Notes under the pieces: generated by a model
Database searches by the model: none
Told to the model about the DNA's origin: nothing
Seen by the model: only the letters and a program-made list of their open reading frames with translations
DNA from: Ramazzottius varieornatus
Lineage: Eukaryota; Animalia; Tardigrada
NCBI GenBank assembly: GCA_001949185.1
Contig: BDGG01000017.1
Location: 372,001 to 436,000 of the forward strand
Length of the DNA stretch: 64,000 bases
Direction of reading: 5' to 3'
Position numbers and translations under genes: made by a program
Part shown: piece by piece, positions 38,591 through 51,346 of the stretch
Position numbering within the stretch: the stretch's first letter is position 1
Layout: each line of letters starts with the position of its first letter

Positions 38591-40502
38591 AGAGAAGATT
38601 CGAAAACATCGATTCCGCCGAAGTAAGTTGATTGTCTCGCTTGATTGAACAGTGCCTGGTACACTTCCGAGTTGTGACGTCATTGCGGCACGGCAGATGG
38701 CGCTAACGGCGAGCAGCCGGAAGTGGTGTTTTGTGGCGATGGACATCGGTGATCGTTATCTTCTCAGCTTTCATGCACCGATCTGGTGACTGTCAAAGGT
38801 GTCTTTTTATCGGCCTCTTGTGACACGTGGCATTCATGTAACAGTTATACAAAACTACAGTAATTTTCTTTTTATGTTCATTTTGTGCCGTGTTCATTTT
38901 GTCGACTGGGTCGTTGTGAGTGACGGGGTCGTTATGAAAACTACGTAGACTTGGTGAACGCGCAGAAAAGCTAGTTGGTGTGGTAAACGAAATTATCAGC
39001 AACCACGTACTGACTTACTTGATTTTGATCAACTAGCGTTCGAAAATGAATTATTGGCAACTGGGTTAGCTACTCCCTGACTGTCGTAATTTGAAAACTC
39101 GCACGGCGCGTTTGGTGGAAGTTCGAAGACTTCCATTAGCTATTCTGTTTACGTTATATGGAGAAGCCGCTGCGGGCGATGAGAACATTGGGAAGGTCTC
39201 GGGAGCTGCTGAGCAGTGAGAAACCAGTTTTCGAGAACGACATAGTGGAGCAGCATGGGAATTAGCTCCTGCAAGATGAGTTAAGATGTACCTGTTCCAT
39301 CCACGATCCACTTCTCACTTTCCTCACACGGAACGAAGCCAGAAACTGTATTCCAACAGTGGGAAGTTTTCAGTGAGTAGCCAGTGACACAAAGAGAAAT
39401 CATGTTCAAAATGTTTGATGTCGCAGCCGGAAGCTGGGTTGAAAGCTACTAGCCTCTTCTGGCTAGTAGCTGTGGTAGGCGCTTTAACATTGGATTGGTT
39501 GGCTACGCTGTTTGCTAGCCCTGATGCGTTCACAAAGTCGACGTTGTTGATGACGAGGTTAGGTGCAACGTGGTTGAAAGACTCATCTCATAAATTTTCG
39601 ACTTTGTGAACGATTTTGGGGTTATTATGAGCTACCCACCTCTGGGTTGAAAATAATCGCCTTTATGATTTTGCTGAATGACAAACTCGCCAATGGTATC
39701 TTGTTTACGAAAGACCATGGTTGATTTCACAGACTTGATTTTGGCCATGATGTACCGAGCACACTCCGCCCATTCGGTTCTGGTACCAATTCTGTCCAGG
39801 TTTCCATGTGTTTGAAATACGGTATCGGAAAAATACCGCATCGAAATATCGATATCGAATGAATATCGAGGACCGCAATAAAATATCCGCCGATATTGTA
39901 TCGAAAAATATTGTATGAATTTTATCGTATTTTTGCCAGCACTAACCCCGAGTTTCGCGATCAAGCATGCGCGCCAAGTTTGTTTCTCCCGCACACTGGA
40001 GATTACCGTACTTGCTAGAACTCAATCCCGCAGACACCACGAGTGCAGTAGGGCACAGTAGCACAGCTTTCCTTCATTCGTACTACGATTATGGAAGTTC
40101 AGCCGGCTTCCAGTTCACGGTCTCCTGAGACATCTTATCCATCTAACCCAACCCTCTTTCTACCGGATCCTTTTCGTGGTAGCGAAGTAAGCTTTTGTGT
40201 TTTACGACCTGAGCAGAGCGGGCAGAACTCTCTGCGGTCTGTACGGTGCGTGGGTGGTTCGAGAACACATCACCCGTAATAAGAGAAACGATGTTCCAGC
40301 AAGATATTAACCCAAGAATCGATAACCAAACTATGCGATCCTGTGGTTCGGAAGGCCTTTACTCTGGTGAAGAAAGCCCAGAAATCATCAGCGAAGAACA
40401 GGTCGAAGAAACTGTGGCACGAGCAAGCAACTAATACTGTACTATATACTGCAGGATAAGTCGTACCATTGAAACGTGCGACGACGACCAAGATAAACAA
40501 AT

Positions 40503-40871
40503 CTATACAGCAGAGGAATTTCTTCGGATGTTGCGCACGATGGTAACAAAAGACCCGCGCTCGTAAACATTCGCACTATAAGGTGAAGAAAACTGATGAC
40601 GTATGGAATATGGATTGACGAATGGCGAGTCATTCCATGAGGTTGAGTTGCTCAGCACAGCTTGATAATGTCCGTAGGGATTGTAAATGAAGGTGTAATA
40701 AAAGGCCAGGACCATGGCTGGCGTGGAGATGGCCAAAATGTAGACTAGGAAGTTGGCTATGCGAGTCCGAAACTCCGCCGACATTCGCTTCCGGTCCTTC
40801 GAGGCATAGATGGGCAGGTTCCCGTGGAAGGACGAACTGGCTCGACTCAACTTACCCTTCTTCGAACTCAT
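40503..40871 (-). CDS. InaF-motif single-pass membrane protein
   Basis: TRIANFLVYILAISTPAMVLAFYYTFIYNP fits the InaF motif (R...AY..SVS..A..L..YY..IW.P) after a basic N-terminus. Confidence 0.7.
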   Translation of the reverse strand: MSSKKGKLSRASSSFHGNLPIYASKDRKRMSAEFRTRIANFLVYILAISTPAMVLAFYYTFIYNPYGHYQAVLSNSTSWNDSPFVNPYSIRHQFSSPYSANVYERGSFVTIVRNIRRNSSAV

Positions 40872-41584
40872 CTTGAATTACGTGTCGGGAAACTCAGGTG
40901 AAAAACCTCTGACTTGTAAAGTTTCAATCTACATGCAGTCAATCGGCCATTTATGATTTTCCAGGTAGACAAGCTTGTTCCCCAAGTGGCGCACACGCGC
41001 TGCTAATAACACCGAAATGTCCGCCACTTGAGAAGACAATCTCGTTGAGGTTTTCAAGTGGCGCGCGCTTTCAGCTGCGGCTAGCAACACCGAAAGCGTT
41101 TCTCCGAAATACTTTCGCAATAAGAAATTACCATCAAACAAGGGCTCGTTGACGAGATCCGCGACCCTCGTCGTGAGGAAACATGCATGTCAGGGACGAG
41201 AAAGATCAACGTTGAAACTTTGACTATGCTCGGAAACTGAAGTGCGCGAAATAGGAAGGGTCGACTCCCCGCAATCAGCCGAACTTCCCCACTGTGACAA
41301 TTTCGTCGCTGACATCTGGAGATTGGATATTTATTTACCATCCCGACAATGGAAAGTACTGTTTCTGACGGCTCGTCTGCCTTTTACTTCGACCACAACT
41401 CTTGTACCAAGCACCACGCAGCTGGAAGTTTTCACTTCTCAGCGCGGTTTTTTCTGCAGAACATACTGAAGCTATAAAAAGCACGAAGCAGAGTAATGAA
41501 AAAGTGGAAAGTATCCGACGTGTGAGTACTTTAAGTGCATGTTTCATTAAGTCGGAAACCCGATCGGCAATGTCGTTTATTGTT

Positions 41585-42232
41585 TCACTGGCTATTTATA
41601 CCGTAATCGGGGAAGGCAGTTGTCGTCCTGGTTCGACTCGAGTAGTAGCCGTAGCCGCCTCCTAGCGCAGCTCCCAACATGGCTCCCTTTTTAGCGTCGA
41701 AGCTGGGACTGATTCCTTTCGCCAAGTGACCTATCGAAATACAGAAATGAATACAAGCTGAACGAAACAAAATCCAAAGTTACTTTCCACAAGTTGCTGG
41801 AAAGGTGCACCACTTGAATAACACTACAATATCACTTTTCCTGGTGGCGCATGTTTGCAGTGTCATGAGCTGAAAGCGTGCGCCACTTGGAAAAACGACC
41901 ATGACGAGTTCGATTATCCGGTTCCAAATGCCCTTGCCGGTACGCCGTCGAATGGGACCTTCGGTCCAAATTTAAGAAGACCGAGGGTCAGTACTTACCG
42001 AGTAGGGCTCCACCAGCGGCACCCATCAGGGCGCTGGTAATGGTTCCTCGCTTTTCTCGCCTCAGTTTAGTGTCCATCGGAAATGCACCTGTTTAAAATC
42101 AGCCGTTGGAATGAGCTCAGACGCTTTTGTACTTCACCATACTGCCACCGCATCTAGAAAAGGATAGAGGAACCTACTGGCCGAAAGGACGAAGCATCCC
42201 AAGAGAAGGATACAGATTTTGTGAGCGTCCAT
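41585..42232 (-). CDS. 96-aa secreted prepropeptide with dibasic/furin site and glycine-zipper mature region, 3 exons
   Basis: Exons 42232-42178, 42088-41999, 41730-41585 join in frame through two phase-1 GT-AG introns: MDAHKICILLLGCFVLSASAFPMDTKLRREKR-GTITSALMGAAGGALLGHLAKGISPSFDAKKGAMLGAALGGGYGYYSSRTRTTTAFPDYGINSQ. Confidence 0.78.
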
Positions 42233-42920
42233 TTTACAGTTGAGCTCTCTGGCAACTATGTCGAAAGTAGATGTGACGAGAGCGCGAACAACACCGAAGA
42301 CGCACAACTGAAAAGGATTTTCACCGCTGAAGTTAGCTCGCAGGGGCCCGAGAACTGCGACTCGCGAACGCCGCTGGAAAGAAGCATAAGGGACACTACG
42401 GGATAACAAGTTACTCACATGTCAGAAGGTGCTGACGCAGCGCCGCAGAACAATACGCACTGTCCATCCCGGACTGAGCCAGAATGTCTTCTATTGTTTG
42501 GGATATCTGAAGAAAACGGCTTGCGTGTACTACAGTAGCAGAAAAGCCTGTTGTACGGAGATGCCAGTTCGCCTCAACGTCACAACCTTTGCGCTTTCCG
42601 GTTGAAACCAAGGTTATCGCGAGGTAGAATGTTTTCATTCGGAACATGATGGCTATAGTCTGTTTAGCTGTGTTCCATACGTAGTCGAGATTGAATCAGG
42701 AATTTATGCTGACAATTAACATTGTCCCATTTCAACTTCCGGTTCGGCTGTGCTAAAACACGCAAATCAGAAACACACGGCCGCAAGTTGTGATCTTCAA
42801 CTTGACGGCTTGACGGCTAGAATTAAAACAAGTCATACTGCAAGAGCCGAAACAGCTCACACAAAAACCAGAAACTGCAATGTTTACCAAGCTTCTTGAG
42901 CGAAAAACCAAGTCCAGCCT

Positions 42921-43929
42921 TTACAAGTGTTGTCGGTGGGGAGGCACTTCCGTCTGGATGTCCGAGGCGTCCTGTAACAGAAATCACCAAACGAGATGTA
43001 CACGAAACATCTCTAACACCTCTGGAACTTACCGGTGAGGAGGTGTCGATGAGCTGTTCGTCCAAATTGCTTGTCCGGTCTCCAGCATGGGCAGTGGCCA
43101 TGTGTGTCATGGTATCCTTGGCGCCTTGCGCGGCGTTGGAGACTGTCTCCTTTACACTCTGAGCAGCATGAGAAACGGCATCCTTGGCTTGCTCCAAGTA
43201 CGATGCTCCGCTAGTCTTTGCATCATCAGCGGCAGAGGAAGCCTGCGAAAGACACCAAACACCTTGCCTCACAAATTCGCACACGCCGAGTACACGTATG
43301 ATGGAAAATTATGGGACACTAAAAGCTATGGGACAGGCGGGAAGGGGGCCAAAATGGAAATTCAACCGTAGAAAAGTGTCGGAAACTGTGAATCGGTCGC
43401 GTACATACGTGCTTCCGTACCGCCGTAGCGAAAAGACCTGTCCCATAATTTTTAGCTATCCCCTAATTTCCTATCGTACGTGTACGACAGTACGAGAACA
43501 CGCAGACAAGTGTACCCATGCGCACGACGCGAACTATTCATACTTCGCATAAAACAAACCAGCGCGCATCGCGCACATGCGTAAACGTTAAAGGGCGATG
43601 TACATCGACAGATGGACGTTTCCGGTTTCACCATACTCCCAGACATCTCTCACCTTGTCGGAAGCTGAGCTCGCAGCGTTACGGGCAGAATCGGAAGCCG
43701 AGTAAGCAGTATCTTTTGCAGCGTCCTTCAGTTCTCCAGCTTTCATGGAAGCGGCATCCTTGGCGTCTTTGACAGCTGCTGCACCTTCAGCCTACATTAC
43801 CAGCACAACAATATATAATTGATTGGTTGAACACATGCACGTCACATTCGCCACAAGTCGGATTCTTGCGTCTTCAGCTCGATTCTCTGCACTTACCTTT
43901 GCTTGATCCCACTTCTGTTCAGCGGACAT
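42921..43929 (-). CDS. Small LEA group-3-like protein, 143 aa, 4 exons
   Basis: Exons 43929-43897, 43791-43654, 43242-43033, 42971-42921, all phase 0: MSAEQKWDQAK|AEGAAAVKDAKDAASMKAGELKDAAKD...|...YLEQAKDAVSHAAQSVKETVSNAAQGAKD. Confidence 0.85.
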
Positions 43930-44532
43930 GTTCTAGAGGACTGCGTGCTCCTGAGAAAGATGAGATACGAGAGAAATATGTGCCTGCTGTAGGGGGTAGA
44001 ACAAAAAATTGGAAAGGCTCGCAGAATGAGGACTAAATAGTGAAAACTACTCCGCGCAGGTGTGCATGGGTAAACGCCATGGCCTGACGTCACAACGAAA
44101 TCCGACAGGAATACCGACGGATGACGCAAGTTAAGCCTTAGACTTGGCCGCTGGTCGCAGAAGAACAAGGAACAATAATCAATCCGTATGTTTTACTGAA
44201 ATAAGAAAACTTGTTTCATATTCATAAACTGACGATGAACTTGACGATAAAAGACAGAAAACTAGCTGGATAAAATTAGGAATATCAAAGAACAGCGATC
44301 AGGAAGAGAAAGCTGCACTGCCAGTGCCAACATGTCAGTCACCGCAGAAATGCTTCTCTTTTCAGCCATGAAAAGCAATCAGTTCGCTCCAGGAAAGACT
44401 GCTGCAGAAAGAAGCTAAATGAATACAATCGACAAAGAAGCAAAAATGGCCATTACGGTAATGGGAAAAGCGAACTTGACGAAGTCAACGAACGTGGAGG
44501 AGAGCAGCTGACGGAACTCAACGTTAGCAAAA

Positions 44533-47500
44533 CTATTCAGCCTTGTGCTCCGCCGTCTGGCCGTTCAGCTCACCGTTTTGCTGATAAGCAGGGCCGTGAG
44601 CCTTGATTTGGTGCTTGGTCAGATCGGGCAGCGAGTTACTCTGAATAGTTTCCTTGCAGACTGCGCACTGGAGGACCAGACGAGCATTGAGCTCCGGGTG
44701 AGAGCGTGTAAAGTGCGTCTGGAATTGGTAGACGTTGCGGGCTTCATAGTCATCCGGGCACGGCTGAATGGGGCATCTAAACTTTTTCAGGGCCTGGACA
44801 ACAGAAACGGCATGAAAGAGGAAACAACAAACAAGAAAACATTGGTAGGACCACAGCAATGTAATCCCTACATCTCCCCAAGGAATCGGCAACACTTGCT
44901 CCGGCCCTTTCAACGTCCCTTCCTCCGAACTGACATCCTCGCCCATCTTGTCCCCATTTCCATCAGGATAAACCGCCGGTGAATGCGAACCTACGGACCA
45001 GATAAGAACTGTCACCGATAAGTCAGAACTCGAGCCGAAACACCTGTTGCACATTGTAACTCATATACCTGGGTATATTTTAAAGAATAGAAACCATTGT
45101 TCATTTGTCCATTGATTTATTGATCAAAAGTCCCACGGTGCACGACTATGCGCAAAAATCAGCTACGGTGCGCACTTCCGGGTGCAACAGAATGCACACT
45201 TGCGACAACCATCAAAATTCTCAAAGACGCTTAAAGACTAGCGTCACACTGTATGCAGGTGCAAGATGCCAGAAAATCAAGCAAAACAAGACCGTCCACA
45301 GATTCTATGTACAGGGGACAATGTTGTGTTGTCTTGCTCATCCTTCTAGGCTTCTTTGAGAATGGAGACATAACCGAGGTTCAGCTTAGGCTTACCCGAA
45401 GGAATGGCAATGCTCTTACCCATCGTGTTGGAAATCAACGCGTCCAGCTGCATCTTCTTCACCTTCGGCACGCCATCCTCCGCGGCTGCGCCTTCGCTAG
45501 TACCTTCCGACGAAGCGGCTGGAACGTCCAGCTGCTGGCGTTTCTGTGACTTGGTGTTCCGCTGTCGCTTTCCAGACTTGCTTCGAGATCCCCGACCTGC
45601 AAACATAAGTCACTTATCAACCAAAGAAGTACAGTAGCATCGAACGTACTTCCATACAAGACTCAGTAATAAAACCAGGGGAAACGTAAAACTATGCAAA
45701 AACGTAAAACTGTATGCAGGGGAGAAAGAGGGGCTACCGCTCACAGTTCAACTACCACCATACAAGCTTCTGTGATGCATTATCGATGTATTGTATTTAG
45801 GTACAAGATAGTGCTGGGGCGTTTCAGAACAGGGACAGTTGCATCTCCAGACTTTCTCTCACCTCGTTTACCATTGCTGGCTGCACGAGCACGACCCCCT
45901 CCGCCTCGAGAAAGACGACTATTGATGGTTGTCGCTGCTTGCTTGTCGTCAGCAACCTCCTCGTCACCACTTTCCTCTTCTTCCTCGGCCTCATCTTCCT
46001 CCTCTCCTCTAAACTGGTAGTCATCGGCTGGCTGCGTCTTCTGAGCAGACTTGCGAGTGTCGGTGTCGAAGAGACGAGATCGTCGTCCAGGGGTGGTGTC
46101 TTTCTTTGGCGAGATGGGAAGAAGCCCTGCAAAGTCAACCTTCAAACATCTGCAGTATCGACCATTCGCATTTCCGGTTGCACCGGAAGGATAACATGCG
46201 ACAACCACCAAGATACCAACACACTGAAAGCTCGGGCTACTGCGTATCCAGGTGCATCCCGCACAGAAACTCAGAAATTCAAGTTAGAAGTTCGACCTCC
46301 GAGAATAACCTGACTTTGACTTGGGGTCTGTATGTACATGTGTCAGAAAAATCAGGAATTTTTCGTCATAGTACCTTGGGGGACAGGAATGACGATACCG
46401 CGGCCATCGCCAGAGCGACGAGGCGACAGTGCGTCCATACGAAGACGCACATTGCCGTTGATAGTGTCCATTTGCACGTTGGTGGCATCACCGTTGGTAG
46501 GCGCAGGCAGGCGCTTCTTCAAAGCGTAGATGGTGCCCAACGAACTCTGCAAATTTGAATACACACAAACGTCATAAACCTGACCAAAGAGAACGGATGA
46601 ACATCCACACAATCTGATGAGAGGCCGAAAAACGAACCGCACAACATCTTTTCCTCAAGTGGCGCACGTTTTCATCCATATTGGCTAGACGCGTGCGTCT
46701 CTTGAAGCTAATTATCCTTTACATGACGTTCGCCGGCCTCCTAGATGCTCGTCGGGGAAATTATAGCAGCAGACATACAGTACCTCGGAGACTATAACGG
46801 CATGGTCGTTAGCCATTTCATCGGGCATTTTGACATAGACGCGAACGTCTCTGGCTTCTCCCAGTTGAAACTTGACCGACGTGTACGTCTCAGTGCGCGC
46901 ATCGACTTTCTTGGCCACTGGTCGTTCTTCCGTTCCCAGAAATTTGACTAAAAGAAGACATACCATAGACATCAGAATATCCACACTGAGACTGAGAGAG
47001 GGAATATGAGACGTCAGCAACGATTTGTTAGGTATCATCGACATCTCGAGTGGCGCACGCCTTCATTGTAACTAGCTGAAGAAGTGTGCCACATGGGAAA
47101 ACGATCATGTGCAAGTCATAATTTCAAACTAAATTACCGCAGACGAGGGAGATTTGGTGCGTGTCGATGTCCAAATGGCGAAGCAGACCTTCGTAGCGGA
47201 TCAGCGCCTTGGAGATGATGCTGATCTTGTTGCGAGAACCGACGTGCTGTTGGAGAAGACTGACGGCCGAGTCTTTGTCCACCACCAGCATGGTCCATTC
47301 CTCGGCTGTCATGTTATCCACATCAGCAAAGGCCCGTCCATCAGGGACGGTGAAGCCTGAAGCGTAGTCTTCGTTGAGACTCGACCATAAGATGGGAGTG
47401 ACGGCCGTCGAACACTGCAACGGATATACCTTCAAACAGATCTGCGGCATGCGTAGTGCGGTTCAAGCTTACCTCCACCACCGATGAATCGGCCATCATT

Positions 47501-48312
47501 TCTCGAGCTTGTTCGACATGCGCAAAGATGTCTTTCAGCTCGGGCAGACGAAACTTGACAAAGTCGTACAGTTCATCCCGAGGCTCGATTCGCGTCTCTG
47601 TCGGTCGACTCTCCGTTCCATAACATCGTACTGCAAAAGCACAAAGGTCTAAATTTAAAGTATTCAATCGATAAACGGGAGAAAATCTGGCTGCTCGGCT
47701 AGCAAAAGTTTCTGTCGCTAGATAAAGTACAAACTCGGCAAGACTGTTTCACCAAGTGGCGCACATTCCAGTATTACTGGCTGAAAGCGTGCGCCACTTG
47801 GAAAACAGTCAGTAAACCGGTTGATTGCTGATTGGCTGTAAATATTCGGACCTTTATTCATGGTGGCGGATTCGGTGCTCTGATCCACCGTCTGGAGCAT
47901 TCCTTCATAACGCAGATCGGATCGGGAGATGACGCTGATGCGTTTGCCAATGTATCCCGTTAGAATGTTGATGGTCTGGGCCAGACGGGGAGGTGGAGAA
48001 GCCACCGGCGCCGTTTCCTTCGTCTCCGAATTGGTCGCCTCCGAAGCAGACCTGCGAAATATTCGCATGAAATCACAGAAACCATAGTCTAGTGCCTGAA
48101 GCCTTACCCATGGTTTGTCGAGTATCCTGACTCTATAGATCTGCGATCGACGAGTTGCTTGCCGGGAGTGCCGTTCCTACAGAAGAGAAAACGATGATTA
48201 GTACATTTACGCCTACCACCGGCAACTGCCTGTTCCATATAGTTAACCCGTGATGTGTCACTTGCTCCAGCCCCATGGCCTCCATGGGAGTCTTATTCAT
48301 GCTGCTGTCCAT
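44533..48312 (-). CDS. Protein with two tandem LSm14 (Scd6/Tral N-terminal) domains, acidic/RG-rich disordered middle and two C2H2-type zinc fingers (~11 coding exons)
   Basis: YIGKRISVISRSDLRYEGML...K|VRCYGTESRP...DELYDFVKFR and HVGSRNKISIISKALIRYEGLL...C|VKFLGTEERP...YTSVKF. C-terminal CPIQPC..HFTRSH and CAVC..HQIKAH. Phase-compatible GT-AG junctions found throughout. Confidence 0.75.
47742..47810. repeat. Representative of a ~60-70-bp palindromic mini-repeat family (CAAGTGGCGCAC...GTGCGCCACTTG)
   Basis: gactgtttcaccaagtggcgcac...gtgcgccacttggaaaacagtc. Related copies near 465-523, 40978-41038, 41835-41898, 46648-46705 and 47045-47103. Confidence 0.75.
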
Positions 48313-49094
48313 CTGTGCAGGCCACAAGAGATCTGAAAAAGAGACATCTTGGCATGCAGATCAGAACAGCGATGATACATGAGCGCAAGATGGACGACAT
48401 GTTGAATGCTTACCTCACTATCAGCTCGACGTCTTCCGCCCGGTTCGATCTGGAAGCTGGCGCCTAATGCTTTTCCAATGGAGGAATACAATGGAGAATA
48501 AGGCCAAGTACCGCGAAAGCTGGAAGAGTTGGAAGAGCTGAAGAGAATCTGATGACAGAGAAAGCTGCACTGCTGAAGTTATGAGTTCTGAATGGAGGCA
48601 TGAGGACCCCGCCCAGACAGGCACGGCCTTGACAGAGACGAATTACCAAGTCCGTGCTGGTTTGGGGCGGGTCCTTGTGCGAGCTGACAGACCGTGTAGA
48701 CCACAAGACTGCAGTGTGTAAAACGTCGGTTATGAATAGTGAGACTCAATCAAGCAAAAGACATTGTGTTATTCCATTTCCCACAGTACGCTTGGTTCGC
48801 CACCACAAGACTCGCAGATTGGCCCGTGCCTAGTTTCTGCAAGGCATAGCCATCGAGTGATTGATTCACTGACCATCACCAGATTCTGTGTCACGACGGA
48901 CGAGCCATGTTACGCTTTCTCACTTTGTTCTGGCGAAGAGTTCGGTTATACCAGGTACGAACAAGAGCTCGAGTACACCAGAGAAAGCAGAAGATCAAAA
49001 TTATTACGTAGAATTGATTTAAACTTTGCTATTTTCACAGGGGAATGTATAGGTATGCTAATAAATAGAACGTGCACAAGATCGAAATCGATGG

Positions 49095-50255
49095 TTATGT
49101 GGAGGCGGATGTGCGACTGGCAAGAACCCGCCGCAGCATTTCCCGCCGTCCTCCGAACCTCCCGTTAGCTTTTGATCGAAGCAGGAAGTTGGAGTTGTGA
49201 CGTATTGAGACTGTCAATCGGCGACCGAAGCTTGCAGGATGCACGATGCCCGAATGCTCTCTGACCGTCACCACCCATGTCCTAAAAAGTCGGTGGTATC
49301 CCTGCCGGAATTCCTTGTTCAAAATGTAGAAAATAATCGGGTCAAGAGAAAACTGACAAATAGACAGAAAGCGTAACCATAAGTTGGCAGACGGCACTCT
49401 GTAAATTCTTGGGTAGTAGGTGACAATTACTACCAAAGGGAGACTACAGGCTTGGAACCACAAGTACGAAGCGAAGAGCATCTTGACGATATCCATGCGA
49501 CGTTTCATAGTCCCTTCTTGACATGCCTTTCTTCTACTGTTGTTTTTTTCGGGCGCCACGTTCTTATTACGTCGTCGCTGAATGTGCAAGCCGATGATTT
49601 TTAAGCCAATCAAAATATACGATCCGCCGGACACTATTCGTTGGGCCACGGTCAAGAAACTTTCGTAGGGGACACCGATAGCGTTGGGGATGTGGGAACA
49701 GCGACCGGAGGCCGACATGTGAAAGTGACCGGTCCAGCCCAGGCTAATGGGGATGACGGACACCAACGCCATGAACCAGCAGAAGCCGATGCAGGAATAC
49801 ACGGCCGGTTTGGTGGTGAAGCGGGGATAGTGGTAAGGGAAGCTGACAGCGATGAGACGGTTGAGGGCTAAGATGGCCATGGCCCAGTAGGGTACTTGCA
49901 GGAAAATGTCCGCTACCGCTTCAGAATAGAGGCAAACGGAGGAAGGGATAACGAGACGGTTGTGGAATTGTAAGTAGACGAAGAAGGGGTTGAGGAGAAA
50001 GTCGACTAGACAGATGGCTCCGTAGGAAAAGGCTTGGTGCATGATGAGGATACCGCTGCCGGCACGCAGAGAACTGGTGCGGAGGATCATGACAAAGGTC
50101 ACGAAATTGAGGATGACCCCGATGACGGTAACGAGGAGCTCGCTGTAGAACCACAGGGACAGTTCCGCCTGGGAGATTAACAGTGGGAGGTTGGTCCCGT
50201 TGGTCCTTGCAGACATGTTAGCAGAAGAGCGATTTCGATCTGTCGTCCGATCCAT
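49095..50255 (-). CDS. Intronless orphan class A (rhodopsin-like) GPCR
   Basis: 386-aa ORF with seven hydrophobic segments, GVILN, ALNRLIAVSFP (DRY variant), CSLP, DPIIFYILNKEFR and N-terminal sequons. Confidence 0.88.
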   Translation of the reverse strand: MDRTTDRNRSSANMSARTNGTNLPLLISQAELSLWFYSELLVTVIGVILNFVTFVMILRTSSLRAGSGILIMHQAFSYGAICLVDFLLNPFFVYLQFHNRLVIPSSVCLYSEAVADIFLQVPYWAMAILALNRLIAVSFPYHYPRFTTKPAVYSCIGFCWFMALVSVIPISLGWTGHFHMSASGRCSHIPNAIGVPYESFLTVAQRIVSGGSYILIGLKIIGLHIQRRRNKNVAPEKNNSRRKACQEGTMKRRMDIVKMLFASYLWFQACSLPLVVIVTYYPRIYRVPSANLWLRFLSICQFSLDPIIFYILNKEFRQGYHRLFRTWVVTVREHSGIVHPASFGRRLTVSIRHNSNFLLRSKANGRFGGRREMLRRVLASRTSAST

Positions 50256-51346
50256 CCTGTACTCTTAGCGTTGACCGAGCGGATACTGCAACTAGCGAAC
50301 CAAGGATTGCTGCCACCGAAATACCGAAGATCGTCGGCTGTGGCGCCTGAACAGACTGCAATCAGATCCGAAGCACCAGTTGACTCAAAGCACGCCTTGA
50401 ACGGACGCGCTTTTGTGCTTCCTGCTGTTCATATTATTATGAAGAGATCACGTCCTGCGAGCTCGAGGTGGGGCTAATTTTGAGATCAGCCAGATCTCTG
50501 GTGCGCCAGAGAAAACGGCTAATCAAATTTTCATGATAGCAGGTTCGAACTGGATTGAAAGCTCGCTTCATGCCAATCCACGGCCTATTTGATCCAAATC
50601 CTGCCAAAATGATATAACAAGCTGATTAATAGCTGATTTCAAGCTCAGTAGATCAGCTTTCGTGCGTAGGATTTGTGAACGGAATAAAGAACTCGACTGG
50701 GCTGGAGAGCAAGAATGAAGAAGTCGAATGGGCTGGAGGGAGCTGCGCACAAAACCCCTAAGGAATTCACGTTATGGCTAGCTTCTGATTCTCGCGGGAA
50801 ATACCCAAATAGGTAAAAATGTTGCAGAGAAGATTCGTCCACTCATACAATTTCCGGGGCAGAACACCAAAGAGTCAAGTTTACACCACCATAAAACACC
50901 GCATTCCCGCACGAACCACCGCTGCTCAGACACAGTACTTTCGTAATCTTCCCGCCTTAAGGCAGATCAGATACCTGTTCGTGCTTGAAAGATCCTTGTC
51001 ATTTCCTGAATATCCTCAAAATCAGAGCCACTATATCCATTACGATTTCATCAGGGATAGTCGAGTGGCGTGCTCTCTGGCAGAGAGGTATGCGCTCAGG
51101 AAGGCGGAAGTATCTCAGGTCATGTAATGAGCCACCTACGTCACGTCAAAGCAGCAAGGGGAAGGTTCCGCTGATGCCTCATTCATTCACTTAGCTAGCG
51201 CGCCCACGGTCCGCATCCACGAAAGGAGGAAGTGAATTAGACGGTGACATTTTCGTGCTGCCCTATAACCCGTCACCTGACCACCAAAACGTCGAACGCT
51301 GCAGGATCCGGAGCTGAAGGCTCCATCCAGATCTTGGAGCAGATAG

